In this document: positions 20,776 to 31,906 of the stretch, piece after piece | Layout of the letters: each line of letters begins with the position of its first letter | Position numbering within the stretch: the first letter of the stretch is position 1 | Made by a program: the position numbers and the translations under genes | Notes under the pieces: model-generated | Database searches by the model: none | What the model was told of the DNA's origin: nothing | Seen by the model: only the letters and a program-made list of their open reading frames with translations | From: Tagaea sp. | GTDB taxonomy: Bacteria > Pseudomonadota > Alphaproteobacteria > CACIAM-22H2 | Length of the DNA stretch: 64,000 bases | Direction: 5' to 3' | Assembly (NCBI GenBank): GCA_965279525.1 | Contig: CBDIIB010000005.1 | Coordinates: 192,001-256,000, forward strand

Positions 20776-22371
20776 TTATTTCTTCGCGATCTCGTGATAG
20801 TAGTTGTTGTCGAACGACGGCCCGATGATGAAGCCGCCGACATTGGACTTGCTGACCGCCGTCTCGATCTGCTGCGACATGATCACGAACGGCGAGACCT
20901 TCTGGTGCTCGCGCTGCACGGCTTCATAGGTGACGCGGCGCTTGGCCGGGTCCCGCTCGGTCACCGCGGCCAGCACCGTGCGGCTCATGCCCGGGATGTC
21001 CCAGGCGTTGCGCCACGCGAGCGTCTTGGAGCGCGCGTCGTCGGTGTTGTCGAGGTTGATCGCGAAGGTTTCCGCGTTCGTGTGGGGGTCCTGATAGTCC
21101 GGGCCCCACTGGCCGATATAGATGTCGTGGTTGCGGGCGCGGTACTTGGTCAGCGTCTGCCGGCCGTCGCCCGGGATGATCTCGAGCTTGACGCCGGCCT
21201 GCGCCCACTGCGCCTGCAGGGCCTGCGCGATGTCCTGGATCGGCGAGGTGGTGCGCACGTCCATCGTGATCGAGAAGCCGTTGGGCAGGCCCGCGGCCGC
21301 CAGCAGCGCCTTGCCCTTGGCGAGATCGAACTTGTAGGGCTTGTCGTCGATGGCGCCGAGGAAGCCGATCGGCAGGAAGGCCTGGTGCGTCTTGAACTTG
21401 CCGGCCGTCAGGTTGCGCTCGATCGACTCGTAGTCCGTGAGCCACTTGAGGGCTTCGCGCACTTCGGGCTTGGCGAGGTTGGCGTTCTTCTGGTTGAGGC
21501 CGAGATAGAGGATCGCCCCCTTGCTGCCGTTCTGCACGGTGAACTTGGGATTGTTGCGCAGCGTGGCAAGGTCGTCCTTGAGCAGGTCGCGCGCGTAGTC
21601 GACGTCGCCCTTTTCCAGCAGCAGGCGCTGCGTGGCCGTTTCCGGGATGTGGCGCACGATCACGCGGTTGTTCTTCGGCACGCCGCGGAACCAGGCCTTG
21701 TTGGCCTCCATCGTGTACTGGTCGGACGCGCGCCAGACGCGCAGCTTGTACGCCCCCGAGCCCGCCGAGTTCTGCTTGAGCCAGGCGTTGCCGAAATCGT
21801 CGCCTTTGGCGTTGGCCTGGACGAGCTTGCTGTCGACGACGGCCGCGACCGTGGCGGTGAGGCAGTAATAGAAGAACGTCGGCGCGTAGGCCTTGTCGGT
21901 GACGATGACGAGCGTGTCGGGGGCCGTCGCCTTGACCTTGTCGCGCACGTTGTCCTTGTTGAGGCCGAACTGCGTCAGGATGAAGCCGGGCGTCTTGTTC
22001 ATGATGACGGCGCGGTGCAGCGAATAGGCCGCGTCGTCGGCCGTGACCGGGTTGCCCGAATGGAACTTCACGCCCTGGCGCATCTTGAAGGTGTAGGTCA
22101 TGCCGTCGGCGCCGATCGACCAGCTGGTCGCGAGTTCGCCGTTCAGCTTCGTCACGTCGTTGAGATCGTAGCCGATCAGGCGGTCGTAGAGGTTGGCGAC
22201 GACTTCCGAGCCCGAGAACTCGAACGATTCGGCCGGATCGAGCGAGATGATGTCGTCGATCTGCTTGGCCATCACGATGGTGTCGCGCGGCGTCTGTGCC
22301 GAAGCGGCACCGCCGAGGCCGAGCGCCACCGAAATGGCGGCAGCCGCGGCAAATCCGAGTTTCATGCGCAT
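20776..22371 (-). CDS. peptide ABC transporter substrate-binding protein (DppA/DdpA-like)
   Basis: Signal peptide, SLDPA, YTFKMRQGVKFHSGNPVTADD and WGPDYQDP (family 5 SBP). Confidence 0.93.
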   Translation of the reverse strand: MRMKLGFAAAAAISVALGLGGAASAQTPRDTIVMAKQIDDIISLDPAESFEFSGSEVVANLYDRLIGYDLNDVTKLNGELATSWSIGADGMTYTFKMRQGVKFHSGNPVTADDAAYSLHRAVIMNKTPGFILTQFGLNKDNVRDKVKATAPDTLVIVTDKAYAPTFFYYCLTATVAAVVDSKLVQANAKGDDFGNAWLKQNSAGSGAYKLRVWRASDQYTMEANKAWFRGVPKNNRVIVRHIPETATQRLLLEKGDVDYARDLLKDDLATLRNNPKFTVQNGSKGAILYLGLNQKNANLAKPEVREALKWLTDYESIERNLTAGKFKTHQAFLPIGFLGAIDDKPYKFDLAKGKALLAAAGLPNGFSITMDVRTTSPIQDIAQALQAQWAQAGVKLEIIPGDGRQTLTKYRARNHDIYIGQWGPDYQDPHTNAETFAINLDNTDDARSKTLAWRNAWDIPGMSRTVLAAVTERDPAKRRVTYEAVQREHQKVSPFVIMSQQIETAVSKSNVGGFIIGPSFDNNYYHEIAKK

Positions 22372-22409
22372 GCGGGTCGTTCCCTTCCAAGGGGTTGAAT
22401 TCGAAGCGC

Positions 22410-22424
22410 GCATTTCACGCGCCG
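22410..22424 (-). promoter_or_regulatory. possible sigma54 promoter of the peptide ABC operon
   Basis: CGGCGCGTGAAATGC (GG-N10-GC) about 40 nt upstream of the ATG; imperfect match. Confidence 0.3.
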
Positions 22425-22451
22425 ACCCTGTGCAAGTCAAGCCGCACCTCG

Positions 22452-22865
22452 TCACAGCCGGTCGATCGCGTGCGCCTTAAGGTCGTCGAGCGCGCATACA
22501 TCGAGCGTGGACACATGGGTCGATGCCAGCACGACTTTCGGCGCCATGCCCGCGACGAACGCCTCCTGCCAGCGTGCGGCACACAGGCACCAGCGGTCGC
22601 CGGGCTTCAGGCCCGGAAATCCGTAGGCCGGCATCGGCGTCGACAGGTCGTTGCCGCGCGACTTCGAGAAGTCGAGGAATTCCGCCGTCGCGACGACGCA
22701 GACGGTATGCCGCCCGAAATCCTGCGGTCCGGTATTGCAGCAGCCGTCGCGGAAAAATCCCGTCAGCGGCGTGCGGCTGCATTCGACCAGCGGCAGCCCC
22801 AGCACGTTCTTCGCCCCGCGCGGCCCGCCCCCGCCGTCACCCCGTTCGTCGCGCTCGCCGTCCAT
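22452..22865 (-). CDS. DUF2237 family protein
   Basis: NVLGxPL..CS..PLTGFFRDGCC, GNDLSTP, FPGLKPGDRWCLCA motifs. Confidence 0.92.
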   Translation of the reverse strand: MDGERDERGDGGGGPRGAKNVLGLPLVECSRTPLTGFFRDGCCNTGPQDFGRHTVCVVATAEFLDFSKSRGNDLSTPMPAYGFPGLKPGDRWCLCAARWQEAFVAGMAPKVVLASTHVSTLDVCALDDLKAHAIDRL

Positions 22866-22901
22866 CGGTAAACACCCCTCACCCTGACCTTAATTTCTAC
22901 A

Positions 22902-22998
22902 CGTCATGCCCGGGCTTGTCCCGGGCATCCACGACTTGATCGTCGAGCGCCGCAAGACACAAAAGTCGTAGACCCCCGGGTCAAGCCCGGGGGTGACG
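22902..22998. repeat. REP doublet (inverted pair, BIME/REPIN-like)
   Basis: CGTCATGCCCGGGCTTGTCCCGGGCATCCACGACTT...AAGTCGTAGACCCCCGGGTCAAGCCCGGGGGTGACG: two inverted palindromic units. Confidence 0.85.
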
Positions 22999-23012
22999 GA
23001 AAAAGAAAGCGC

Positions 23013-23303
23013 TCACGGCTTCTCCACGCGCCCCGGCGTGACCGTGCCGCCTTCGCCCATGCGCGGCGGCACGTAGACGCCGCGTGCTTCCTGGCTGCCC
23101 TGCATCAGCACGAGGCCGACGGTGACGACGCCCGCGAGCACGACGCCCGCGACCGACAGCCACACCCACGGCGCTTCTGCCCAGGTGGGTGCTTCGCCAT
23201 GGCCGAGCTTGTCGGCGCGGCGCTTTTCCATCGCCATCCACGCGGCATAGAGAGCGAGCGGCAGGACCAGCGGCACGATGAATTCGAGCAGGATGCGGAT
23301 CAT
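23013..23303 (-). CDS. small two-TM protein (DUF6111-like)
   Basis: MIRILLE..LPLALY..W..PWVWL..GVYVPPRM..G.V.PG pattern; usual position after the Nudix gene. Confidence 0.75.
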   Translation of the reverse strand: MIRILLEFIVPLVLPLALYAAWMAMEKRRADKLGHGEAPTWAEAPWVWLSVAGVVLAGVVTVGLVLMQGSQEARGVYVPPRMGEGGTVTPGRVEKP

Positions 23304-23944
23304 GGCGTGTCCTCTCCGGCCAGCACCTCGGCGAGATTGACGAGCATGCCGGCGGTCGCACCCCAGATATAGCGCTCGGGATAGGGCAGCACCCAGAAAT
23401 GCCGTTCGGCACCCTGAAACATGCGCGAGCGGCGCTCGCGGTTACGCGGATCGAGCACGAAGGAAAGCGGCACCTCGAAGATGTCGGCCACCTCGAACGT
23501 GTCGGGCGTGAGATCGAAGGGCGGGCGCACGAGGCCGACGACGGGTGTCACTTCATAGGAGGTGCGCGTCCGGTACGTGTCGAGCCGGCCGACGATCTCG
23601 ACGTGGCGGCGGTGGAGGCCGATCTCCTCTTCCGTCTCGCGCAGGGCCGCGGCGACCGGATCGGGATCGTCCGCCTCGATGCGCCCGCCGGGGAAACTGA
23701 TCTGGCCGGCATGGTCGTGCAGGTGTGCTGTGCGCTGGGTGAGCAGCACCGACAGCCCCTCCGGCCGCTCGACCAGCGGGACGAGCACGGCGGCGGGCCG
23801 CAGCGCGTCGCCGGGCATCGGCATGTCGGGATTGCCGTCATGGTCGCCGCGCACGCGCCCGAGCGTGGCCGACCGGCGCACGCCCGGAACGGAACGGCCG
23901 ATCAACGCGCGGATCTCGGCAGGCGTTGGCGTATCGGGGCTCAT
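23300..23944 (-). CDS. CoA pyrophosphatase, Nudix family (NudL-like)
   Basis: AAVLVPL, LLTQR..HL.DHAGQISFPGG, AALRETEEEIG, IWGATAGML motifs. Confidence 0.93.
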   Translation of the reverse strand: MSPDTPTPAEIRALIGRSVPGVRRSATLGRVRGDHDGNPDMPMPGDALRPAAVLVPLVERPEGLSVLLTQRTAHLHDHAGQISFPGGRIEADDPDPVAAALRETEEEIGLHRRHVEIVGRLDTYRTRTSYEVTPVVGLVRPPFDLTPDTFEVADIFEVPLSFVLDPRNRERRSRMFQGAERHFWVLPYPERYIWGATAGMLVNLAEVLAGEDTP

Positions 23945-24525
23945 GCGGCCGGCCCCAGCGGGAAGAATGTTCCGCCGCTCCACACGCCCATCGTGTCGCC
24001 GCGAAGCTCGGCGCGTTCGACCAGCCGGTAGAACGCGGCGCGCGCGATGCGCGCTTCGAGCCCCGGCCGCACGAGCACATAGGGGGCGGGTTCGTCGCCG
24101 GCGCCAAGCACGACGCGGATCGGCCGCAAGGGGCCGGCTTCCACCGACTCGTCGAGATTGGTGCGGAAGGTCAGCATCTGGGCGGGGCCCATCCCTGTCG
24201 AGTCGAAGTCGACCGCGACGAACGGCACGTCGTCGACCGCGACGCGGCCTTTCTCGACGGGCGTTACCAGCCAGTAACTGCCGTCGGCCTCGCGGCGCAG
24301 CACGCGGGCGAAGAGTTTCACCAGTGCCGCGCGTCCAATCGGCGAACCGCGATAGAGCCAGGTCCCGTCGCGGACGATTCGCAAGTCGAAATCGCCACAG
24401 ATTTCGGTGGGTTCGCCCGAACGATCCACAGGCTGATTCGCCAGCGGTACGCCGCGTGCAAGGCCTTGGGGGCGCAGGCTGTCGAGGCGCAAAATTGCGG
24501 GGTCGGCGAACGGTTCGTCGGTCAT
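23941..24525 (-). CDS. DUF1285 family protein
   Basis: RIVRDGTWLYRGSPIGR.ALVKLFARVLRRE..YWLVTPVEK..V.DVPF. Confidence 0.9.
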   Translation of the reverse strand: MTDEPFADPAILRLDSLRPQGLARGVPLANQPVDRSGEPTEICGDFDLRIVRDGTWLYRGSPIGRAALVKLFARVLRREADGSYWLVTPVEKGRVAVDDVPFVAVDFDSTGMGPAQMLTFRTNLDESVEAGPLRPIRVVLGAGDEPAPYVLVRPGLEARIARAAFYRLVERAELRGDTMGVWSGGTFFPLGPAA

Positions 24526-24681
24526 GTGAATTGGCGGAGTCTACACCGTGACGGACGTAACATGCACGCGCTGGACGCCAGCCCCTCGGGCATCGCACAC
24601 TTGGCCCGTAAAAGCGTCGGTCCATATGTCACCGGCAGAGCCTTCGTCGGCCTCGACGATCGCCGGAAAGCGAGGAACCCC

Positions 24682-25686
<1,005 letters not shown>

Positions 25687-25702
25687 GGCGAACGCGAACG
25701 AA

Positions 25703-26623
25703 GTGTCGATCTTCGCGACCACCGCTTCGGCCTTCGCCGCCCCGCCGCAGGACGCGCATGCGCGCCGTCTTGCCGCCGAGGCGGCCGCCAGCCGCCTGCC
25801 CGCCCTGCTTGTCGCCGCCCAGCGCGTGGCGAACACGGTGGCGCAGGGCGTGCACGGCCGCCGGCGTTCGGGACCGGGCGAGACGTTCTGGCAGTTCCGT
25901 CGCTACATGCCCGGCGACACGGTCGATCGCATCGACTGGCGCCAGACGGCGAAAACGGATCACGTGTTCGTGCGCGAGACCGAGTGGGAAGCCGCGCAGA
26001 CCGTGTGGCTGTGGCGCGACCGCTCGCCGTCGATGGCGTGGGCCTCGTCGGCGAAGCTGCCGCACAAGCTCGATCGCGCCGAACTGCTGCTCGTCGCGTT
26101 GGCCTCGCTGCTGGCCCGCGGCGGCGAGCGCGTGGGCATCCTCGGCGGCACGCCGCGCCCGCTGCACGGGCGCTTCGCGGTCAACCGGCTGGCCGACACG
26201 GTCTTCGCGCGCAACGACCCCGCGACCGGCGTGCCGCCGGCCGCCCGCCTTGCCCGCCATTCGACCGTCGTGCTGATGGGCGATTTCCTTGCCCCCCTTG
26301 CCGAGACCGATGCCGCAATACGCACGCTCGCCGCCGGGGGCACGCGCGGCCATGTCGTGCACCTGATCGATCCGGCGGAGGAAGGCCTGCCCTATGCCGG
26401 CCGCACGCGTTTCGACGGGCTGGAGAACGAGGACTCGCTGCTGGTGAGCCGCGTGGAAAACGTGCGCGGCGACTATCGCAAGGTGTTCGTCGAGCATGTC
26501 GCGGGCCTGCGCGACATCGCGCGCGCCTATGGCTGGGGCTATGTCGAGCACCGCACCGACAAGGCGCCCGAGCTTGCGCTGATGGCGCTGTGGCTCGCAC
26601 TTGCCAACGACGGGAAGCGCTGA
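25703..26623 (+). CDS. DUF58 family protein
   Basis: GVHGRRRSGPGETFWQFRRY.PGD...IDWR and DRSPSM motifs. Confidence 0.93.
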   Translation: MSIFATTASAFAAPPQDAHARRLAAEAAASRLPALLVAAQRVANTVAQGVHGRRRSGPGETFWQFRRYMPGDTVDRIDWRQTAKTDHVFVRETEWEAAQTVWLWRDRSPSMAWASSAKLPHKLDRAELLLVALASLLARGGERVGILGGTPRPLHGRFAVNRLADTVFARNDPATGVPPAARLARHSTVVLMGDFLAPLAETDAAIRTLAAGGTRGHVVHLIDPAEEGLPYAGRTRFDGLENEDSLLVSRVENVRGDYRKVFVEHVAGLRDIARAYGWGYVEHRTDKAPELALMALWLALANDGKR

Positions 26624-29367
26624 TGGGCCTGCTTTCGTCCTTCGCGTTCCTGACACCGTGGTGGCTGCTCGCACTCGCCAGCCTGCCGATCCTGTGGTGG
26701 CTGCTGCGCGTGACCCCGCCAGCACCACGCCGCGCCCTGTTCCCGGCGATCGCGTTGCTCGCCCGCCTGAAGCCCAAGGAAGAAACGCCGGCGCAAACAC
26801 CGTGGTGGCTGCTGCTGCTGCGCCTGCTGATCGCGTTCCTGATCATCCTCGCCCTCGCCCAGCCCGTGCTCAACCCGGCGGCACGCCTGTCGGGTGGTGG
26901 CCCCGCGATCGTCGTCGTGGACGATGGCTGGGCGGCGGCCCCCAACTGGCGGGCCCGGCGCGATGCGATCGACCAGTTCATCGACCGGGCCGAGCGCGAT
27001 GCGCGGCCCGTCATCGTGCTGCCCACGGCCCCGACGCTGTCCGGCGATCCGCCGCGCCCGTCGCGCCTGATGACGGCGGGCGAGGCGCGCACGCTGGTGG
27101 GGGCACTGGAACCCAAGCCCTGGCCGGTCGACCGGCAGGCGGCCCTCGCCACGCTCGAAGCGGTCGCCCCGCCGCAGGCCGCCGCGATCCAGTATATCGG
27201 CGACGGGCTCGACGACCCGCATCTGGCCCCGCTGCTCGAACGCCTGCAGCGCATCGGCCCGGTCACGTATTTCGCCGACGCGCCCGAAAGTCTCGCGCGC
27301 CTCGTGCTGCCGCCGGTTTCCGAAGCAAGCGCCATCGCCGTGACGGTGGCGCGGCCGGTGACCACACCGGCACAAGACGCCATGCTCGTCGCGCGCGGCG
27401 AGGATGGCCGCCCGCTGGCGCGCGAACGACTGCGCTTCGAAGACGGCGACAGCACGGGCATGGCGCGCGTGACGCTGCCGGCCGAGCTTCGCAACCGCGT
27501 GGCGCGAATCGAGGTCGAAGGCGAAGGATCGGCCGGTGCGACGGCGCTGATCGACGAACGCTGGCGCCGGCGCCCCGTCGGCATCGTCTCGGGCGCTACG
27601 GTCGAGAAGAACAACCAGCCGCTCCTCGCCGACACGTTCTATCTGGAGCGTGCGTTGCAGCCTTTCAGCGAAGTGCGCCATGGCGACATCGCCCAGCTTC
27701 TCCAGCGCGAGATCGCCGTGCTGATCCTCGCCGACGTGGGCCAGCTTGCCGAGAGCGAGCGGGCCGCACTCGACAACTGGATCAAGCGTGGCGGCGTGGT
27801 CGTGCGTTTCGCGGGGCCGCGCCTTGCCGAGGCCGACGACGATTTCGTGCCGGCCCCCTTGCGTCTTGGCGGGCGCGCGTTCGGCGGTGCGATGAGCTGG
27901 GAGCAGCCGCTGGGTCTTGCCCCGTTCGATGCCGGGTCGGCGTTCTCGGGCCTTGAAGTGCCGGGCGACGTGCGCGTGCGCCGGCAGGTGCTGGCCGAGC
28001 CCACGCTGGATCTGGCCCAGAAGACATGGGCGCGGCTCGTCGACGGCACGCCGCTCGTCACGGCCGACAAGCGCGGCGAAGGCTGGCTGGTGCTCGTGCA
28101 CGTGACGGCATCGCCCGAATGGTCGGACCTGCCGCTCTCGGGCCTCTATCTCGACATGCTGCGCCGGCTGATCGGGCTGGCGCAGGGGATTTCCGGCGAT
28201 GCCGGTGGGGACGCACTGCTCGCCCCGATCGCCACGCTCGACGCGTTCGGCCGCCTGCAGGCCCCCTTCCCCGCCGCGACCGGCATTCCGGCGCGCGCCC
28301 TTGCCACGCAGGCGATCGGCCCGCGCAGCCCGCCCGGCCATTACGGCACCGAGCTTGCGCGCCGCGCCCTAAATCTCGGGCAGAGCGTCGAGCCGCCGCG
28401 CGCGGTGCGTTCGCTTCCCGGCGGCGTGGACCGCGCCACCTATGCACGGCCGCGCGAGGTCGATTTCAAGCCGGCCCTGTTCGTGGCGGCCCTGCTGCTG
28501 CTGCTCGCCGATCTGGTCGTGGCCCTCGTACTGCGCGGACTTGCAGTGCCCGCGGGCCTCAGGCGCAAGCTCGGCGGCGGAGCGGCCGCGTTGCTGGTCG
28601 CATTGCTCGCCGCCGGCGACGTGCAAGCGCAAAGCGCCCCGCCGGTCGACGACGCGACGGCGCTTTCCAACGCCATGCAGACGCGCTTTGCCTACGTGAA
28701 AAGCGGCGACCCCGCGATCGACGACGTGAGCCGGGCGGGCCTTGCGGGATTGGGCGTGATCCTCGCGCGGCGCACGGCGGTCGATCCCGGTGCACCCGTC
28801 GCGGTCGACATCGAGCGCGACGAAATGGCGTTCTTCCCGCTGGTCTACTGGCCGGTGGCACCGGCGGGCGCGCGCCCCAGCCCCAACGCGATGGCGCGCG
28901 TGAAGCAGTATCTGGTCGATGGCGGCATGATCCTGTTCGACACGCGCGAGGCGGGCGGCATCGGTCCGGCCGGCGGCGGAGCAGCCGCCCAGCGCCTGCG
29001 CGACATCCTGCGCCCGCTCGACCTGCCGCGCCTGGCACGCGTTCCGGCCGAGCACGTGCTGACGAAGACCTTCTATCTCCTGCAGGACTTTCCCGGCCGG
29101 CTCGCCGGCGCACCCTTGTGGATCGAGCAGCCCGACGCGCGCGACAACGACGGCGTCACCTCGGTGCTGATCGGGGCCAACGACTGGGCATCGGCCTGGG
29201 CGCTGGACGCCAGCGGGCGCGCGATGTTCGCGGCCGTGCCCGGCGGCGAAGGCCAGCGCGAGCTGGCCGTGCGTTTCGGCGTCAATCTCGTGATGTACGC
29301 GCTGACCGGCAACTACAAGGGCGACCAGGTGCATGTCGAGACGATCCTGGACAGGCTGAAGCGATGA
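26623..29367 (+). CDS. BatA N-terminal / DUF4159 domain membrane protein
   Basis: BatA double-TM start (FLTPWWLLAL..LPILWWLLR.TPP..TPWWLLLLR) and DUF4159 C-terminus (FFPLVYWP, NDWASAWA, RFGVNLVMYALTGNYK.DQVH). Confidence 0.9.
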   Translation: MGLLSSFAFLTPWWLLALASLPILWWLLRVTPPAPRRALFPAIALLARLKPKEETPAQTPWWLLLLRLLIAFLIILALAQPVLNPAARLSGGGPAIVVVDDGWAAAPNWRARRDAIDQFIDRAERDARPVIVLPTAPTLSGDPPRPSRLMTAGEARTLVGALEPKPWPVDRQAALATLEAVAPPQAAAIQYIGDGLDDPHLAPLLERLQRIGPVTYFADAPESLARLVLPPVSEASAIAVTVARPVTTPAQDAMLVARGEDGRPLARERLRFEDGDSTGMARVTLPAELRNRVARIEVEGEGSAGATALIDERWRRRPVGIVSGATVEKNNQPLLADTFYLERALQPFSEVRHGDIAQLLQREIAVLILADVGQLAESERAALDNWIKRGGVVVRFAGPRLAEADDDFVPAPLRLGGRAFGGAMSWEQPLGLAPFDAGSAFSGLEVPGDVRVRRQVLAEPTLDLAQKTWARLVDGTPLVTADKRGEGWLVLVHVTASPEWSDLPLSGLYLDMLRRLIGLAQGISGDAGGDALLAPIATLDAFGRLQAPFPAATGIPARALATQAIGPRSPPGHYGTELARRALNLGQSVEPPRAVRSLPGGVDRATYARPREVDFKPALFVAALLLLLADLVVALVLRGLAVPAGLRRKLGGGAAALLVALLAAGDVQAQSAPPVDDATALSNAMQTRFAYVKSGDPAIDDVSRAGLAGLGVILARRTAVDPGAPVAVDIERDEMAFFPLVYWPVAPAGARPSPNAMARVKQYLVDGGMILFDTREAGGIGPAGGGAAAQRLRDILRPLDLPRLARVPAEHVLTKTFYLLQDFPGRLAGAPLWIEQPDARDNDGVTSVLIGANDWASAWALDASGRAMFAAVPGGEGQRELAVRFGVNLVMYALTGNYKGDQVHVETILDRLKR

Positions 29368-31472
29368 CCGAATATTCGCTCGCCTTCGCCCCGCTCGTCG
29401 GCTGGACCTGGTTCCTGGTCCTCGCGGGCGTGGCATTCGCGATCCTCGCACTCGCATGGATCGTGCGGGCGCGCGGGGCGGTCTGGCGCACGGCCGCCGT
29501 CGCGGGCCTGCTGCTCGCCATCGCCAATCCGCTGGCTGTGATCGAGGAGCGCCGGCCGCTGTCCGACATCGGCCTGCTCGTCATCGACGACAGCGACAGC
29601 ATGAAGACCGGCGAGCGCGGCCAGCGCGTCGACCGGGCCGCGACCGCCATCCGCGAGCGGCTGGCGCGCGAGAAGGATTTCGAGCTGCGCGTGGTGCGCG
29701 CGGGTGCCGGTGGTGTGGGGCAGGAAGGAACGCGCCTGTTCGACGCGATCGAACGCGCATTGTCCGACGTGCCGCGCAACCGCATCGCTGGCGTGGCCCT
29801 GCTCACCGACGGCCAGGTGCACGACGCGCCCAAGGGTACGGCTGAAGAAATCCATCGCCTCAACCTGCCCGGTCCCGTCCACGGGCTGATCGCCGGCAAC
29901 CGCAACGAGGTCGACCGGCGGCTCGTGCTCGAGCAGGCGCCGGGTTTCGCCATCGTCGCCAAGCCGCAGACGCTGACGGTACGCATCGACGAGGGAACGC
30001 CGCCGCGCGGCGGCAATTCCCCGCGCACCGACGCGCGCGTCGAGGTGAAGCGCGACGGCCAGCCCTTCCGCACGCTGCGCGCCCCTGTGGGGACATCGAC
30101 CGAGATCGAGTTCCAGCTCGACAAGGCCGGCCAGACGGTCTTCGAGATCGAGGTCGAAGCGGGCCCGCGCGAACTGACGCTCGAGAACAACCGGCAGGTC
30201 GTCGTCGTCAACGGCGTGCGCGACCGGCTGCGCGTGCTGCTCGTCACCGGCGAGCCGCATGCCGGCGAGCGCACGTGGCGCAACCTGCTCAAATCCGACC
30301 CGGCGGTCGATCTCGTGCATTTCACGATCCTGCGTCCGCCCGAAGCGCAGGACTTCACGCCGGTCAACGAGCTGTCGCTGATCGCCTTCCCGATCCGCGA
30401 GCTGTTCGAGGTGAAACTGGGCGAGTTCGACCTCGTCATCTTCGACCGCTACCGGCGGCGCGACGTGCTCGCCCCCGTCTATCTCGACAACATCGTGCGC
30501 TACGTGCGCGCGGGCGGCGCGCTGCTGATCGCCGTGGGGCCGAACTTCTCGTCGCCCAATTCCCTGTTCAATTCCCCGCTCGGCCAGATCATGCCCGGCA
30601 TCCCGACCGGCCAGAGCTTCGAGCAGGGCTACGTGCCCACGCTGTCGCCCGTCGGAAGGCGCCATCCGGTCAGCGCCGACCTGCCGGGGGCCGAGGGCAG
30701 CTCGCCCGAATGGGGCCGCTGGTTCCGCCACATCGACACCGAGCCGCGCCGCGGCCAGGTGCTGATGAACGGCGTGTCCGACCGCCCGCTGCTGCTGCTC
30801 GACCGCGTCGGCGAGGGCCGTGTGGCCCAGCTGATGAGCGACCATATCTGGCTGTGGGGCCGCGGCTTCGACGGCGGCGGCCCGCATGCCGAACTGCTGC
30901 GGCGCATCTCGCACTGGCTGATGAAGGAGCCGGAGCTCGAGGAGAACGACCTGAAAGTCCGCGTGCGCGGCAACCGCGTGGAAGTGGAACGTCGCGCGCT
31001 CGACCCGGTCATCACGCCGGTCACCATCGTCGCCCCCGACGGGACCACGACCGAGCTGCGCCTTGCCGAAACGCGCGGCGGCCGGCAGTCCGGCCTGTTC
31101 GCACCGGACCGCCCCGGCCTCTACCGCCTGTCGGACGGCGAGCGCAGCACGCTCGCCGCCGTGGGTGCCGTCAATCCGACCGAGAGCGCCGACGTGCGCG
31201 CGACCGAAACGCTGCTGAAGCCTGCGGCGGACGCGACCGGCGGCGCCCTCGTCTGGCTTGCCGACGGCAATCCCGAAATCCGCCGCGTGCGCCCTGCACC
31301 CGGACGCGACATGGGCGGCTCGATCCCCGGCGGGCGCGGCTGGATCGGCTTCAAGTCGAACGGCGATTTCGTCGTGACGGGCGTGGCGCAGATGCCGCTG
31401 ATGCCCGGCATCCTGACCTTCCTCCTCTGCCTCGGCCTCGCCTTCATGGCGTGGCGGCAGGAGGGGCGGTAG
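29364..31472 (+). CDS. membrane protein with vWA-like and glutamine-amidotransferase-like domains
   Basis: DDSDSM and TDGQVHD (MIDAS-like), RVLLVTGEPHAGERTWRNLLKSDPAVDLVHFTILRPP; fourth gene of the MoxR operon. Confidence 0.85.
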   Translation: MTEYSLAFAPLVGWTWFLVLAGVAFAILALAWIVRARGAVWRTAAVAGLLLAIANPLAVIEERRPLSDIGLLVIDDSDSMKTGERGQRVDRAATAIRERLAREKDFELRVVRAGAGGVGQEGTRLFDAIERALSDVPRNRIAGVALLTDGQVHDAPKGTAEEIHRLNLPGPVHGLIAGNRNEVDRRLVLEQAPGFAIVAKPQTLTVRIDEGTPPRGGNSPRTDARVEVKRDGQPFRTLRAPVGTSTEIEFQLDKAGQTVFEIEVEAGPRELTLENNRQVVVVNGVRDRLRVLLVTGEPHAGERTWRNLLKSDPAVDLVHFTILRPPEAQDFTPVNELSLIAFPIRELFEVKLGEFDLVIFDRYRRRDVLAPVYLDNIVRYVRAGGALLIAVGPNFSSPNSLFNSPLGQIMPGIPTGQSFEQGYVPTLSPVGRRHPVSADLPGAEGSSPEWGRWFRHIDTEPRRGQVLMNGVSDRPLLLLDRVGEGRVAQLMSDHIWLWGRGFDGGGPHAELLRRISHWLMKEPELEENDLKVRVRGNRVEVERRALDPVITPVTIVAPDGTTTELRLAETRGGRQSGLFAPDRPGLYRLSDGERSTLAAVGAVNPTESADVRATETLLKPAADATGGALVWLADGNPEIRRVRPAPGRDMGGSIPGGRGWIGFKSNGDFVVTGVAQMPLMPGILTFLLCLGLAFMAWRQEGR

Positions 31473-31483
31473 ACGCCGCACCG

Positions 31484-31900
31484 ATGCTTCACGGTTCCTG
31501 CGCGTGCGGAAAGATCCGCTACGAGATCCACGGCGCGCTTCTCGGGCCCGTCACCTATTGCCATTGCTGGCGCTGCCGCAAGCATTCGGGATCGAGCTTC
31601 GGCACGACCGCCGGTCTCGATGCGGCGGCACTGCGTTTCGTCGAAGGCGAGGCCTTGCTGAAATACTGGGAATCGTCGCCGGGCGTGCGCCGCTATTTCG
31701 CGTCGTGCTGCGGATCGCCGATCTACAAACGGGACGCGGCCCATCCCGAAGAGCTCGGCTTCCGTCTCGGCACGCTCGACACCGATCCCGCCGTCACGGC
31801 CGCGATGCACTACCAGGTCGGCTCGAAGGCCCCATGGGTCGAGCTTAGCGACGAGCTGCCCAAGGAATTCGGCGGCCCCGCCTTCGGCAAGCGGGACTAG
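31484..31900 (+). CDS. GFA (glutathione-dependent formaldehyde-activating enzyme) family protein
   Basis: GSCACG, CHCWRCRK and CGS zinc motifs. Confidence 0.9.
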   Translation: MLHGSCACGKIRYEIHGALLGPVTYCHCWRCRKHSGSSFGTTAGLDAAALRFVEGEALLKYWESSPGVRRYFASCCGSPIYKRDAAHPEELGFRLGTLDTDPAVTAAMHYQVGSKAPWVELSDELPKEFGGPAFGKRD

Positions 31901-31906
31901 GGTGTG

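Noticed and set aside
22874-22890. ACCCCTCACCCTGACCT as a second REP class
   Set aside because: It is a single partial copy with no partner arm, and it is also explained as the RBS region of the DUF2237 gene.
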